Shown: positions 1 through 9,117 of the stretch, one piece after another
How the letters are laid out: the number at the start of each line of letters is the position of its first letter
Position numbering within the stretch: the first letter of the stretch is position 1
NCBI RefSeq assembly: GCF_033344935.1
Contig: NZ_JAWPMM010000001.1
Coordinates: 4,706,115-4,770,114, forward strand
Length of the DNA stretch: 64,000 nucleotides
Direction: 5' to 3'
Source of the DNA: Reichenbachiella sp.
GTDB lineage: Bacteria; Bacteroidota; Bacteroidia; Cytophagales; Cyclobacteriaceae
The notes under the pieces: generated by a model
The model's input: only the letters and a program-made list of their open reading frames with translations
Database searches by the model: none
What the model was told of the DNA's origin: nothing
Program-made: the position numbers and the translations under genes

Positions 1-620
1 GCCAATATTTCTTCTTCAGTGCCGATGGCAATTTTGACATGAGGGAGAATGGATCTTGTAGTAATCCCAAAAGATCGAATATCCTTCCATTGATCCGCTC
101 GAAAATCTAAATCCAACAAAATAGGAACATCATTTTCATGAGCAATTTCAACCGCGTGCAATACCGCGCTTCTACTAGGCTCCATGTTCAAGGCCGTACC
201 TGAGATTTCCAACAATCTGCAGTTTTCGATATGTGCCTGCTCTACATGATCCATGGTCAGCTGGCTATCAGCACAGTTGTCTCTATAAAAAACTAAAGGG
301 AATTTATTGGGTGGTTGGATACCCAACACCACCGCACTGCTTCTGGCGTGGGCGAGTTTAGGAATGTAATCGACGTTGACTTGCTCCTTAGTTAAGAAGT
401 TAAGAATGAAATCCCCAATCTTGTCGGTACCAACCGCGGTCAATAAAGCCGAATTAAGGCCCAAACGTTTGCAGCCTACGGCAATATTCAAAGGCGAGCC
501 GCCCACATAGGCATCAAATCCTTTGATGTCCTCAAAATCAGCACCAACATTTTGTGAGTAGAGATCTATAGAAGACCTACCCATAGTTATTACATCTATT
601 GGTTTGTTTGTATTGTTCAT
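1..620 (-). CDS. iolC: 5-dehydro-2-deoxygluconokinase (PfkB family), N-terminal part; the gene runs off the left edge
   Basis: Not in the ORF track because it has no stop in the window. The reverse-strand ATG at 620-618 opens MNNTNKPIDVITMGRSSIDLYSQNVGADFEDIKGFDAYVGGSPLNIAVGCKRLG..., an IolC/PfkB-type N-terminus. The frame stays open to position 1. It begins 7 nt after the iolB stop. Confidence 0.8.
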   Translation of the reverse strand, partial: MNNTNKPIDVITMGRSSIDLYSQNVGADFEDIKGFDAYVGGSPLNIAVGCKRLGLNSALLTAVGTDKIGDFILNFLTKEQVNVDYIPKLAHARSSAVVLGIQPPNKFPLVFYRDNCADSQLTMDHVEQAHIENCRLLEISGTALNMEPSRSAVLHAVEIAHENDVPILLDLDFRADQWKDIRSFGITTRSILPHVKIAIGTEEEIL

Positions 621-627
621 TTCCATA

Positions 628-1497
628 TCATTTAGCTGAAACCATTGGAATGCGAGCATCCTTGCCAGACCAGGAGTCATAAATCCATTCGTGATCTGGG
701 TCATTAGTACAAGCCAGAGACTGATCGCTTCCAGTCAAGAAATTGAGGTAGTAGACATTGTAGCCGTGACCAGCCACCACAGGATGGTAACCCTTTGGCA
801 CCAGCACCACGTCATTCTCTCTGGCTACGGCGATTTCATCCAGTCTCCTGTCTCCGGTATATATTTGCTGAATGGCATAGCCCTGGGGTTTATCTATTTT
901 GTAGAAATAGGTTTCTTCGAGACGGGCCTCTTTTACCTTTCCATTTTCATCCAATATGCGCTCATCATGTTTGTGCGCAGGAAATGAACTCCAATTGCCT
1001 GAAGGCGTGTACACTTCTACTGAAACCAATCGCTGTGAACCGAATCCAGGCTCTATCAAAGAGTTGATTTGACGAGTAGCATTGTCGCCTCCACGAATTT
1101 CTATAGCCGCCTCGTCCGGCGTTTTGAAACGAGCAGGAAAATCTTCCGTCGCCTCGCACCACCCCAAAGCCAGATCCAATATTTCGGACTCGGCTATCAA
1201 TTCAAACTCCGTATTTCGAGGCAGATATAACGTATGAGCAATGCCATCAAAAACACTCTTCCTTCCATTCACTGTTTTCCATCTTCCATGATTGGTCTTG
1301 ATAGAATAATTGCCTGAAAGCAAAATAATGCCATATTCGTTGTCTCCAGTAAATCCTTTCCAAACCTCACCTTGTTTTAATAATCGTGCATTGAAATTGA
1401 GATATTGCCAATCGGCCTCTTTCGCCAAAACTTCCTGGTAAATACCACTTTGTTTGAGTGGCTTTACCAGCAATGGATATTTTTTGTCTCTGTTCAC
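628..1497 (-). CDS. iolB: 5-deoxy-glucuronate isomerase
   Basis: The 289-aa ORF has IolB-like blocks (GNWSSFPAHKHD, LEETYFYK, VPKGYHPV) and sits between the aldolase and iolC on the same strand. Confidence 0.85.
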   Translation of the reverse strand: MNRDKKYPLLVKPLKQSGIYQEVLAKEADWQYLNFNARLLKQGEVWKGFTGDNEYGIILLSGNYSIKTNHGRWKTVNGRKSVFDGIAHTLYLPRNTEFELIAESEILDLALGWCEATEDFPARFKTPDEAAIEIRGGDNATRQINSLIEPGFGSQRLVSVEVYTPSGNWSSFPAHKHDERILDENGKVKEARLEETYFYKIDKPQGYAIQQIYTGDRRLDEIAVARENDVVLVPKGYHPVVAGHGYNVYYLNFLTGSDQSLACTNDPDHEWIYDSWSGKDARIPMVSAK

Positions 1498-1513
1498 TTC
1501 TCTATGCTTTTAA

Positions 1514-2449
1514 TTAAAAATCTTTGTTTCTACCTGTGGCTCCAAGCAGATCGAACTTGCTCGCCAAAAAGTCTCGCTGCTCTTCGATGTAAACTTTACC
1601 CGGAACGATGGGATCGAACTGCTCTGGATTCCTATGAAAAAATTCGCGGTGTACACGGGTCCAAATCAGGCGGGTATCTGTGGCGATATTCACCTTGCAA
1701 ATGCCGTATTGAATCGATGCCTTCAATTCCTCAGGATCTACTCCCTTGGCATTGGTATTGAGTTTTCCACCGTACTTATTAATGGCTTCAATTTCCACCT
1801 CATTCACAGCCGAACCGCCATGTAAAACCAAGGGAAAGCCGGGTAATCTTTCCTGTATTTCTTTTAGGATATCGAATTGTAATCCCTGACCTCCAGAAAA
1901 TTTATACGCCCCATGACTGGTCCCCACTGCTATAGCGAGACTATCGCATTGGGTTTGATTCACAAATTCTACTACGTCGTCTGGATTGGTGTATTTGGCG
2001 TGTTTCTCTTCTATTGAGATATTGTCTTCCACCCCACTCAACACGCCCAATTCTGCTTCTACAGATATATTAGACAAATGAGCAGCCTCCACAATCGGCT
2101 TTGTTCGTGCTACGTTGCGATCGAAATCCTCATGACTTGCATCGATCATCACAGAAGTATATTTCCCAGAAGCAATGGCATCCATCGCATGATCCTCCAC
2201 ACCGTGATCGAGATGTACTGCATATACCGTTTCCGGATATATCCGAGCCGCAGCATCTATCATCGCCAGTAGCATGTCTGCCTCTGCATAATTTCTTGCC
2301 ACAGGAGTCGTCTGTACTATAAATGGCGCCTGACATTTCTGTGCAGCAGAAAACAAACCCAGCACCTGTTCCATTGTGAAAACATTAACCGCAGCGATGG
2401 CATACTTGCCATAGCATTTCTCAAATAGCTGACCCGTTGTTAGTTTCAT
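1514..2449 (-). CDS. iolJ: Class II aldolase, probably 6-phospho-5-dehydro-2-deoxy-D-gluconate aldolase
   Basis: Class II FBA-family motifs are present: HLDHG, DASH, EAELG, GTSHGAYKF, LVLHGGS. The track ORF starts at TTG 2500. I prefer ATG 2449 (MKLTTGQLFEKCYGKYAIAAVN), which matches the usual family N-terminus. The iol context suggests IolJ. Confidence 0.8.
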   Translation of the reverse strand: MKLTTGQLFEKCYGKYAIAAVNVFTMEQVLGLFSAAQKCQAPFIVQTTPVARNYAEADMLLAMIDAAARIYPETVYAVHLDHGVEDHAMDAIASGKYTSVMIDASHEDFDRNVARTKPIVEAAHLSNISVEAELGVLSGVEDNISIEEKHAKYTNPDDVVEFVNQTQCDSLAIAVGTSHGAYKFSGGQGLQFDILKEIQERLPGFPLVLHGGSAVNEVEIEAINKYGGKLNTNAKGVDPEELKASIQYGICKVNIATDTRLIWTRVHREFFHRNPEQFDPIVPGKVYIEEQRDFLASKFDLLGATGRNKDF

Positions 2450-2576
2450 TCTATTGTACTTTTCTAATTGATCGAACGCTTCAAAAGATGACTTTTTCAA
2501 GCCAATTTCTTTTCGATCGTTTCTTCAATTTGAGAGAAAATATTTGAATAAATAAGCTATTCGCTGAAATGTTTTA

Positions 2577-2613
2577 TGCAAAGGTTTGCATAGTTATCAT
2601 GCAAACCTTTGCA
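2577..2613. promoter_or_regulatory. Pair of 14-bp LacI-type palindromic operators
   Basis: The two sites are TGCAAAGGTTTGCA (2577-2590) and TGCAAACCTTTGCA (2600-2613), 9 nt apart and reverse complements of each other. They have TGCAAA/TTTGCA half-sites. They lie 130-170 nt upstream of the aldolase ATG and downstream of the LacI gene. Confidence 0.6.
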
Positions 2614-2824
2614 ATCTGTAGCAAATCTGAATTGTACTATTTCGGTAATAATTCCTAAATAATTTGAGTTGATCAAAGAAGAGAAAATCTTAGCTCTTTT
2701 GGACTCGATTAACATCCACTCAGCGTCATCCGAAAGGGGCGCTGGGTCTGCTCGCCTTGTTCCTCAGAGTTCTCTTCGAGTAACTCTCAGGGGTTGGAAA
2801 TAACTCTGAGAGATTGGAGATGAA

Positions 2825-3853
2825 TTAGATTTTTCCTCGGTTCGAAGATTCTCGTACGATCAATTCCGGTTTCAGAATTTCTTGTCTGAAATTGGAGTTA
2901 TGGTCTGACTTGCCGATGGAGGCCAGCAGAATCCGAGCCGCCAACATGCCCATTTCGTACACTGGTTGGTCTATCGTGGATAAGGTCGGAGACGAAAACT
3001 TGGCATACGGATCGTTGTCAAATCCAATCAATGCCACCTCATCAGGGACCTTGACATCCCTTTCCCGAAGTACGGAAAGAGCACCAATCGCAATAGCATC
3101 ATTCACAGCGAATATACCATCGGGTAGATTCGGAAGGGAAAGGAGTCTTTTAGTTGGTTCTACGCCGTCTTCCATTTGAAAGAATTTACTTTCGATCATC
3201 AGCTCTTCATCAATGGCTATTCCATGCTTCGACAAGGTGTCAATATAACCGTTCTTTCTATGCCGTGCGATTGAAAGTTGGTCAGAGCCAGCAATATGAG
3301 CGATCCGCTTGCATCCCTGACTGATCAAATGCTCCACTGCCTGACAAGCCCCGTCATAATCATCGACCAATACTTTATTCATTTCGTACCCTTCGCAATC
3401 CCTATCAAAAACAACTACAGGTACATTGTTTTGTCTGAGCTTCTCCAGATGCGAATAGTCATTGGTATTGAAAGTACTTGAAATAAGCATCCCATCTACC
3501 CGGCTGGACAGGAAAGTTTCTATGCCTTTGAGTTCTGTTTCATAAGACTCATTGGACTGGCTAATGATCACATGCTGACCTTCCGGCTCCAGCACATCCT
3601 GAATGCCACAAATGATAGAAGAGAAAAAATAGCTGGTGATTTCGGGTACTATGATCCCAATGTTGTTGGTCTTGCGATACAACAAACTAAGTGCTAAAGT
3701 ATTGGGCTGGTAACCTAGTTTTTTAGCCAATTCCTGAACCATTATTTTCGTTTCTTGCTTGATAGCAGGGTGATCACGTAAGGCACGAGAGACTGTAGAG
3801 GGAGATATTTTCAACTCCTTGGCCAGGTCTATAATTGTCACCGAATTACTCAT
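2825..3853 (-). CDS. LacI-family transcriptional regulator
   Basis: There is an N-terminal HTH (TIIDLAKELKISPSTVSRALRD) and a periplasmic-binding-protein-like sugar domain. ATG 3853 is preferred over the track TTG at 3889. Confidence 0.85.
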   Translation of the reverse strand: MSNSVTIIDLAKELKISPSTVSRALRDHPAIKQETKIMVQELAKKLGYQPNTLALSLLYRKTNNIGIIVPEITSYFFSSIICGIQDVLEPEGQHVIISQSNESYETELKGIETFLSSRVDGMLISSTFNTNDYSHLEKLRQNNVPVVVFDRDCEGYEMNKVLVDDYDGACQAVEHLISQGCKRIAHIAGSDQLSIARHRKNGYIDTLSKHGIAIDEELMIESKFFQMEDGVEPTKRLLSLPNLPDGIFAVNDAIAIGALSVLRERDVKVPDEVALIGFDNDPYAKFSSPTLSTIDQPVYEMGMLAARILLASIGKSDHNSNFRQEILKPELIVRESSNRGKI

Positions 3854-4014
3854 TTTTTCATCTTCTGAATCAGTAGTAAATATACTCAAACAAGGGTCAA
3901 ATATCAGGTTAGGAACGAACTCATATCTAACTGAATTTCAACTCTTAATTACAAAAAATAAACCATTGGATTAGTTAGTTTTGCAACTTTCATTTTGATG
4001 GATAATAGAGCGGC

Positions 4015-4896
4015 ATGGCAAAAATTTGTACGATAGGTCATATCACAAAAGACAGAGTAATCACGAGAGAATCAGAAAGGTACATGCCTGGTGGAACAGC
4101 ATTTTATTTTAGCAAAGCGCTGAACCAATTGGACAATGACTTTGAGCTAATCACTGCCGTAGGTAGTGAAGAAAAAAATGTATTAAAACAGCTGGCTGAT
4201 GAAGGAATTTCGATCGTTGCGCTAGAAAGCGACCATACTGTCTTTTTTGAAAATATCTATGGTGAAAATCAGGATAATAGAGAGCAAAATGTATTAGCGA
4301 AAGCATCACCATTTACTACAATGAACCTACCAAAAGTAGACGCAGATTATTTCCATTTGGGACCATTATTGAATGATGACATTTCATTAGACTCTATTAA
4401 ACACCTGGCGACAAAAGGCAAAGTATCTTTGGACATTCAGGGTTTTTTGAGATACACCAAAAACCAGGAAGTGCTACACGCTGACTGGAAGGATAAAAAA
4501 GAAGGGCTCGCTTATATTCACACACTAAAAGCCAATGAATCAGAAACACGAATCATTTCCGGCAAGGAAGATTTTGAAGAAGCCGCTTATGTGCTAGCTG
4601 ATTTAGGCGTGAAAGAAGTAATTATCACATTGGGTAGTCATGGTTCGATGATTTATGCGGATGGGGAATTTCACAAAATCCCGGCTTATGCCCCCAAGGC
4701 TATTGTAGATGCCACTGGATGTGGAGATACATATATGGCTGGTTACCTCCACAAAAGACAAAGTGGTGCTTCTATCTCGGAAGCGGGTAATTTTGGAGCA
4801 GCCATGGCGACCATCAATATTCAGTCTTTTGGCCCATTTAGTGCCAATGTAAGTGAGGTAGAAAGCCTGATCTCTCTGGCGGAAATCCTCGACTAA
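4015..4896 (+). CDS. PfkB-family carbohydrate kinase, substrate unknown
   Basis: The 293-aa ORF has an N-terminal GHITKD...GGTAFYF block and a C-terminal PfkB signature DATGCGDTYMAGY. It is divergent from the LacI gene. Confidence 0.8.
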   Translation: MAKICTIGHITKDRVITRESERYMPGGTAFYFSKALNQLDNDFELITAVGSEEKNVLKQLADEGISIVALESDHTVFFENIYGENQDNREQNVLAKASPFTTMNLPKVDADYFHLGPLLNDDISLDSIKHLATKGKVSLDIQGFLRYTKNQEVLHADWKDKKEGLAYIHTLKANESETRIISGKEDFEEAAYVLADLGVKEVIITLGSHGSMIYADGEFHKIPAYAPKAIVDATGCGDTYMAGYLHKRQSGASISEAGNFGAAMATINIQSFGPFSANVSEVESLISLAEILD

Positions 4897-4921
4897 CTCC
4901 TCACCTCACTAACTGCAGGTT

Positions 4922-6565
4922 TTATTTTAAAATTTCCAATATCGGCTGACCAGTAGCGGCGTCTGGAAGTTTGATATCCAATAAAAAAGCTAAAGTAGGG
5001 GCTATCTCCGTGATCGCATGATATTGATAAGAATATCCTTGTGGGATGTTCCAACCATACCACAACAATGGCACATGCGTATCGTAAGTAAACCCGCTAC
5101 CATGAGTGGTCCCAGCCTCTTTATGTTCAATGTATGTAGGTTGATACAGCACCGTAATATCGCCTGAGCGATGCCAATGATATCCTCGCTGTACCATGGC
5201 TTTTTGATCTTCAGCAAAACTAAGTCTTCTCAAATCTTCAGCTAGCAAAATATCACTTACTTCAGCAAGATCAGCCAAAAAATCATATGATGTAGTCACC
5301 ACTTCTGTTTTATTAAGCTTGTTGGATTGAATGAGCTCATCATTCAAATAAAGTTGACCGTCAGAGAAATGCTCAACTAATCCCTCGAATCCAAACTGAT
5401 TTTTAAGCAATTGATTCAAATCCTTTGATATTTGAGGCTCGTTGTAAAAACCAGATATCATTCCTTTTGATTTCAAGAAGTCTGGATTTTCTGCAACGGC
5501 ATGGTCAGCCGTTAGGAAGACCAAATAATTGCCCTTGCCAACCTGTACATCGAGTTTGGAAAATATCTCCGCCAAATCTCTATCCAACTTCAGATAAGTA
5601 TCCTGAATTTCAACCGATTGCGGTCCAAATGCATGTCCTACCTTGTCAGTACTTGAAAAACTAATCGCCAAAAAATCTGTTTCATCGTGAGTACCTATTT
5701 CCTCATTAATAATAGCCTCTAATGCCAATTCTTTCAGAATCGTATTACCAAATGGGGTTTCCAAGAGTAAATCATATTTCTCTTCCTCTGGCCATTGAGA
5801 AAGGTGGTACGGCAAAACTGATTTGGTTGACCCTTGGAAAATCTCTTCGAAAGGAGCGTCATCAGGTCCGCTGGCTTTATACTCTTCAACTGGCAGCAAA
5901 GTCTCCCACTTTCCAGACAGATATTGATCAGCCAACTTTCTCTGGTTAAATTTTTTCACCCAAGAGGGTAGTTTGTCGGCGTAGTAAGTACTGGTCACGA
6001 AGTTGCCATTATCGCCATCATACCAATAAGCCCCATCAGGCATATGCCCACCTGGTAAAATAGCTCCTCTGTTTTTGATCGATATGGAAACTACTTTAGA
6101 CCTACTTTGTGTAGACAATTTCAATTGATCGGTAATAGTAGGAGCTAGTAGGTGGCGCGGCGAAAACTCACCTTTATCCGATTTGGATCCCACTGTTTGT
6201 ACCTCAAAATCATCTACACAATTGATCTCAGCGTTTGTTTTCGGATTATACCATTCATTTAATATGATCCCGTGGTCTTTAGGAGTTGTACCCGTATATA
6301 TTGAAGCATGACCTGGTCCAGTCTTGGTAGGTATATAATTGTAATGCGCATTTTTCAGCATAAAACCTTCGCTCATCAATCTCTTGAATCCGCCTTCGCT
6401 AAAGTGTTCGTTGTAGCGATACAAATACTCTTGTCTCATCTGATCCACCACTATCCCAACTACTAGCTTGGGCTTATTTTGAGATTGAGCAAATACATTA
6501 ACCCCAATCGCAAAAATGATGATCATCATGATCATCATTTTGCACTTCATTTTCACACTAAACAT
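4922..6565 (-). CDS. pafA: PafA-like alkaline phosphatase (nucleotide pyrophosphatase/phosphodiesterase superfamily), secreted
   Basis: It has a signal peptide (MKCKMMIMMIIIFAIGVNVFAQ) and the blocks VVDQMRQEYLYRY, PTKTGPGHASIYTGT and LTADHA. The start is ambiguous (TTG 6568, ATG 6565, ATG 6550). Confidence 0.7.
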   Translation of the reverse strand: MFSVKMKCKMMIMMIIIFAIGVNVFAQSQNKPKLVVGIVVDQMRQEYLYRYNEHFSEGGFKRLMSEGFMLKNAHYNYIPTKTGPGHASIYTGTTPKDHGIILNEWYNPKTNAEINCVDDFEVQTVGSKSDKGEFSPRHLLAPTITDQLKLSTQSRSKVVSISIKNRGAILPGGHMPDGAYWYDGDNGNFVTSTYYADKLPSWVKKFNQRKLADQYLSGKWETLLPVEEYKASGPDDAPFEEIFQGSTKSVLPYHLSQWPEEEKYDLLLETPFGNTILKELALEAIINEEIGTHDETDFLAISFSSTDKVGHAFGPQSVEIQDTYLKLDRDLAEIFSKLDVQVGKGNYLVFLTADHAVAENPDFLKSKGMISGFYNEPQISKDLNQLLKNQFGFEGLVEHFSDGQLYLNDELIQSNKLNKTEVVTTSYDFLADLAEVSDILLAEDLRRLSFAEDQKAMVQRGYHWHRSGDITVLYQPTYIEHKEAGTTHGSGFTYDTHVPLLWYGWNIPQGYSYQYHAITEIAPTLAFLLDIKLPDAATGQPILEILK

Positions 6566-6581
6566 CAAGAATTGATTATAT

Positions 6582-8648
6582 CTATTTTGAACCTAAATCT
6601 TTCCCGGCAATATCTCTCCAATCATAAATATGAAAGGTTTTGTCTGTAGACATGGCTACAAAAATTCCGCTCGGAAATTCTTCACCAAGGTTAGCTGATG
6701 TCACGTCCGATCCATCACTTTCAAGTGTCATTACTTCTACTGCTTTAATTCGTCGATGGTCGTGCACATTGCCTGCTGTACCTTCTCGAGGATAGATATT
6801 GAACGTACCCACCTGCTGATCAGAGACTAAAATGTAGCCGGTTTTGTCATCGTATTTGTAAATACTAATCCCTTCTATATCTCTCCCAAAATCCTCCTGA
6901 CCAAAGAGTGCCAGTTCATCGTTTCCTTTGGCCGGGTCGGCATAATACTTTCTTATTCCAAAGTCCTCATCGGAATAATAAACATATCCCAACTCGTTGT
7001 CTACTGCTATAGCTTCTATCTCCTTAACCCCGCTGTATTGTCCGAATGCTCTTACTTTGGTCAGTTTCACATTTCCATCGCCAGCGTCTTCAACTTTGTA
7101 CTGCCACAGATATCCATCCGATGGACCATCCTTTCTGCCCACTATGGCATACAGTGTAGCATCGGGAGCCGTATAAAAGGCAACACCCATAGGTCCCTTC
7201 TCTTCTTCACCTTCAAACACCAGGATGCCGCCATTATCAACCGGTTGCAAATCAGGAAAGCTGAATATCCTCACCTGATCATTCTCTCTCTCTGTAGTAA
7301 TTACTAAATCAGTAGATTTGTCTCCTATTTTAAAACTGTAGGCCAGGTCAACATTATTGGGTCTGCCTAAACCCAGAGCCTTATTTACTATCTTACCGTG
7401 AAGATCGTATACATACAATCCACCTCCTACTTCCTTATCAGTTCCTATAATCAAGCTTTGAGAAGGATCTTTAGCATTAATCCAAATAGCCGGATCGTCA
7501 GTATCATAGACTACTGGTTCAGTAACATATTTTGGCTGAATGGCATTTTTGGTATGTTCTGGAAGTCCATCTGGTGCAATGATCAAATCATCGCCAGCGA
7601 TGTCCTCCCAAGCGTAGAGTTGAAATGTCTTATTGTCTGACATGGCTACAAAAAGTCCACGAGGAAACAAATCACCTAGTGAAGCATTCGTCACTTCAGA
7701 TCCATCACTTTCATTGGTAGACACGTCTATCACCTTGACCAGTTGATGGTCGTGTGGGTTGGTTTTAGTACCTGCTCTATTGAATAGTTGAAATTTGTTG
7801 GCCTGCTGGTCGGATACTATGATATAGCCTGTACCAATATCAGTTTTATATATACTAATCCCTTCATGATCACTTGCAAACCCTTCGGTAGCGAATAATG
7901 CCAGTTGCTCGTTGCCCATATCAGGATCTGCATGATATTTTCTCACACCAATGGCCTCATCTGAATAATATACGTAGCCATGCTCATCATCCACAGCTAT
8001 GGCTTCAATTTCAAATTTACCACTGTACTGACCAAAAGTTCTGACTTTTTCGGCACCTATAGTTCCGTCTTCATTTCCCGTCAACTTATATTGCCAAAGG
8101 TAATTATCTGCAGGGCCAGACTTTCTACTCACTATGGCAAAAATGGCATCATCAGACTCTCGTTTATAGAGCGAAATACCCATAGGCGCGCGGTCGGCTT
8201 CACCTACAAAAACTTCTATTCCTTCATTGTCAATTGCCTTCATATCAGGGACAGAAAATATTCTGATTTTATTGGTCAGGCGCTCAGTCAATACGGCAAT
8301 GTGTATCTCAGTACCATCCTCAAATTCAAACTCTTCAATATCAACATTGTTTGGACGCTTAAGGCCTCTTACGACCTTATCTTCGATAATATTTCCTTTA
8401 ATATCGAATACATATAGTGCTCCATCTTCATTTTTATCTGTGCCTAATATCAAACTAGCTTCCGGCTGATCTTCATTCACCCAAATGGCTGGATCATCGG
8501 TGTCATATTTTACTGGTTGGGTTACTATTTTAGGAGTAAGTACATTGGCCTTAGGTTTATTCTCACTTGCAGTACATGACAGGCTTAGAATTGCCACAAT
8601 AATGCCCAGGTAAGATGTTGTCAAAAGTCTTTTCATGTCGGTATTCAT
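6582..8648 (-). CDS. Tandem (two-domain) beta-propeller phytase lipoprotein
   Basis: The 688-aa ORF has a lipobox (LSLSC) and two homologous halves. Each half carries YDTDDPAIW(V/I)N, RPNNVD, YLWQYK, EIEAIAVD, GYVYYSDE, EGISIY and SDQQ blocks typical of BPP 3-phytases. Confidence 0.85.
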   Translation of the reverse strand: MNTDMKRLLTTSYLGIIVAILSLSCTASENKPKANVLTPKIVTQPVKYDTDDPAIWVNEDQPEASLILGTDKNEDGALYVFDIKGNIIEDKVVRGLKRPNNVDIEEFEFEDGTEIHIAVLTERLTNKIRIFSVPDMKAIDNEGIEVFVGEADRAPMGISLYKRESDDAIFAIVSRKSGPADNYLWQYKLTGNEDGTIGAEKVRTFGQYSGKFEIEAIAVDDEHGYVYYSDEAIGVRKYHADPDMGNEQLALFATEGFASDHEGISIYKTDIGTGYIIVSDQQANKFQLFNRAGTKTNPHDHQLVKVIDVSTNESDGSEVTNASLGDLFPRGLFVAMSDNKTFQLYAWEDIAGDDLIIAPDGLPEHTKNAIQPKYVTEPVVYDTDDPAIWINAKDPSQSLIIGTDKEVGGGLYVYDLHGKIVNKALGLGRPNNVDLAYSFKIGDKSTDLVITTERENDQVRIFSFPDLQPVDNGGILVFEGEEEKGPMGVAFYTAPDATLYAIVGRKDGPSDGYLWQYKVEDAGDGNVKLTKVRAFGQYSGVKEIEAIAVDNELGYVYYSDEDFGIRKYYADPAKGNDELALFGQEDFGRDIEGISIYKYDDKTGYILVSDQQVGTFNIYPREGTAGNVHDHRRIKAVEVMTLESDGSDVTSANLGEEFPSGIFVAMSTDKTFHIYDWRDIAGKDLGSK

Positions 8649-8649
8649 T

Positions 8650-9096
8650 TTAAATTTTTTTTCTTAAAATGCGCCCTGTGGTATCAAAAAGAATATCATA
8701 TGTTTTACTTTCCTTACTTAAATCCACTTCATAGAGCACTTGTCCGTCAGATGTATTGACAATTTCGATATCGACAATTTCATATTCTGAAAATTTGACC
8801 TGAAGAACCTGAAGAACAGCTTCACTTAGCTCGCTTACAGCAATCTCCGTTTCGGTTTCCATCCAATTGCCATCGAAATCGAAATAAGAGGTGACTTTGT
8901 CTTTGTCTTTCAATTTGTAATAGACTTTGTAGATGTCTCCATCATTGACCCAGCGAATACTGTAGGCCGATGGTTCAATTTCCAAAAACTTTCTTTTCAC
9001 CGAATCTGGTACGCTGTCAGCTGTGCAGGAGACCAGGCAGATGAGTAGCCATTTCCAAATTGATTTTACTCTTAATTCAATCATCTGATAAGACAA
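8650..9096 (-). CDS. PepSY-like (BLIP-like) small lipoprotein
   Basis: The 148-aa ORF has a lipobox (LVSC) and repeated Y(K/E)V...FD..G modules resembling the PepSY-like family. It ends 1 nt before the phytase start codon. The TTG start comes from the track. Confidence 0.5.
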   Translation of the reverse strand: MSYQMIELRVKSIWKWLLICLVSCTADSVPDSVKRKFLEIEPSAYSIRWVNDGDIYKVYYKLKDKDKVTSYFDFDGNWMETETEIAVSELSEAVLQVLQVKFSEYEIVDIEIVNTSDGQVLYEVDLSKESKTYDILFDTTGRILRKKI

Positions 9097-9117
9097 TATT
9101 AGGTGCTAAATCTGTAG

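Noticed and set aside
691-1162. Plus- and minus-strand ORFs of 65-98 aa (691..987, 795..1067, 965..1162) inside iolB.
   Set aside because: They are antisense or out of frame to a gene with strong family motifs. Their products are low-complexity with no recognisable family. They are typical shadow ORFs.
7980-8417. A 145-aa plus-strand ORF (and neighbours 7038..7307, 7398..7640, 8227..8469) inside the phytase gene.
   Set aside because: They lie antisense to the well-supported two-propeller phytase and are Ile/Phe/Ser-rich from AT-rich antisense codons. Nothing supports them as coding.
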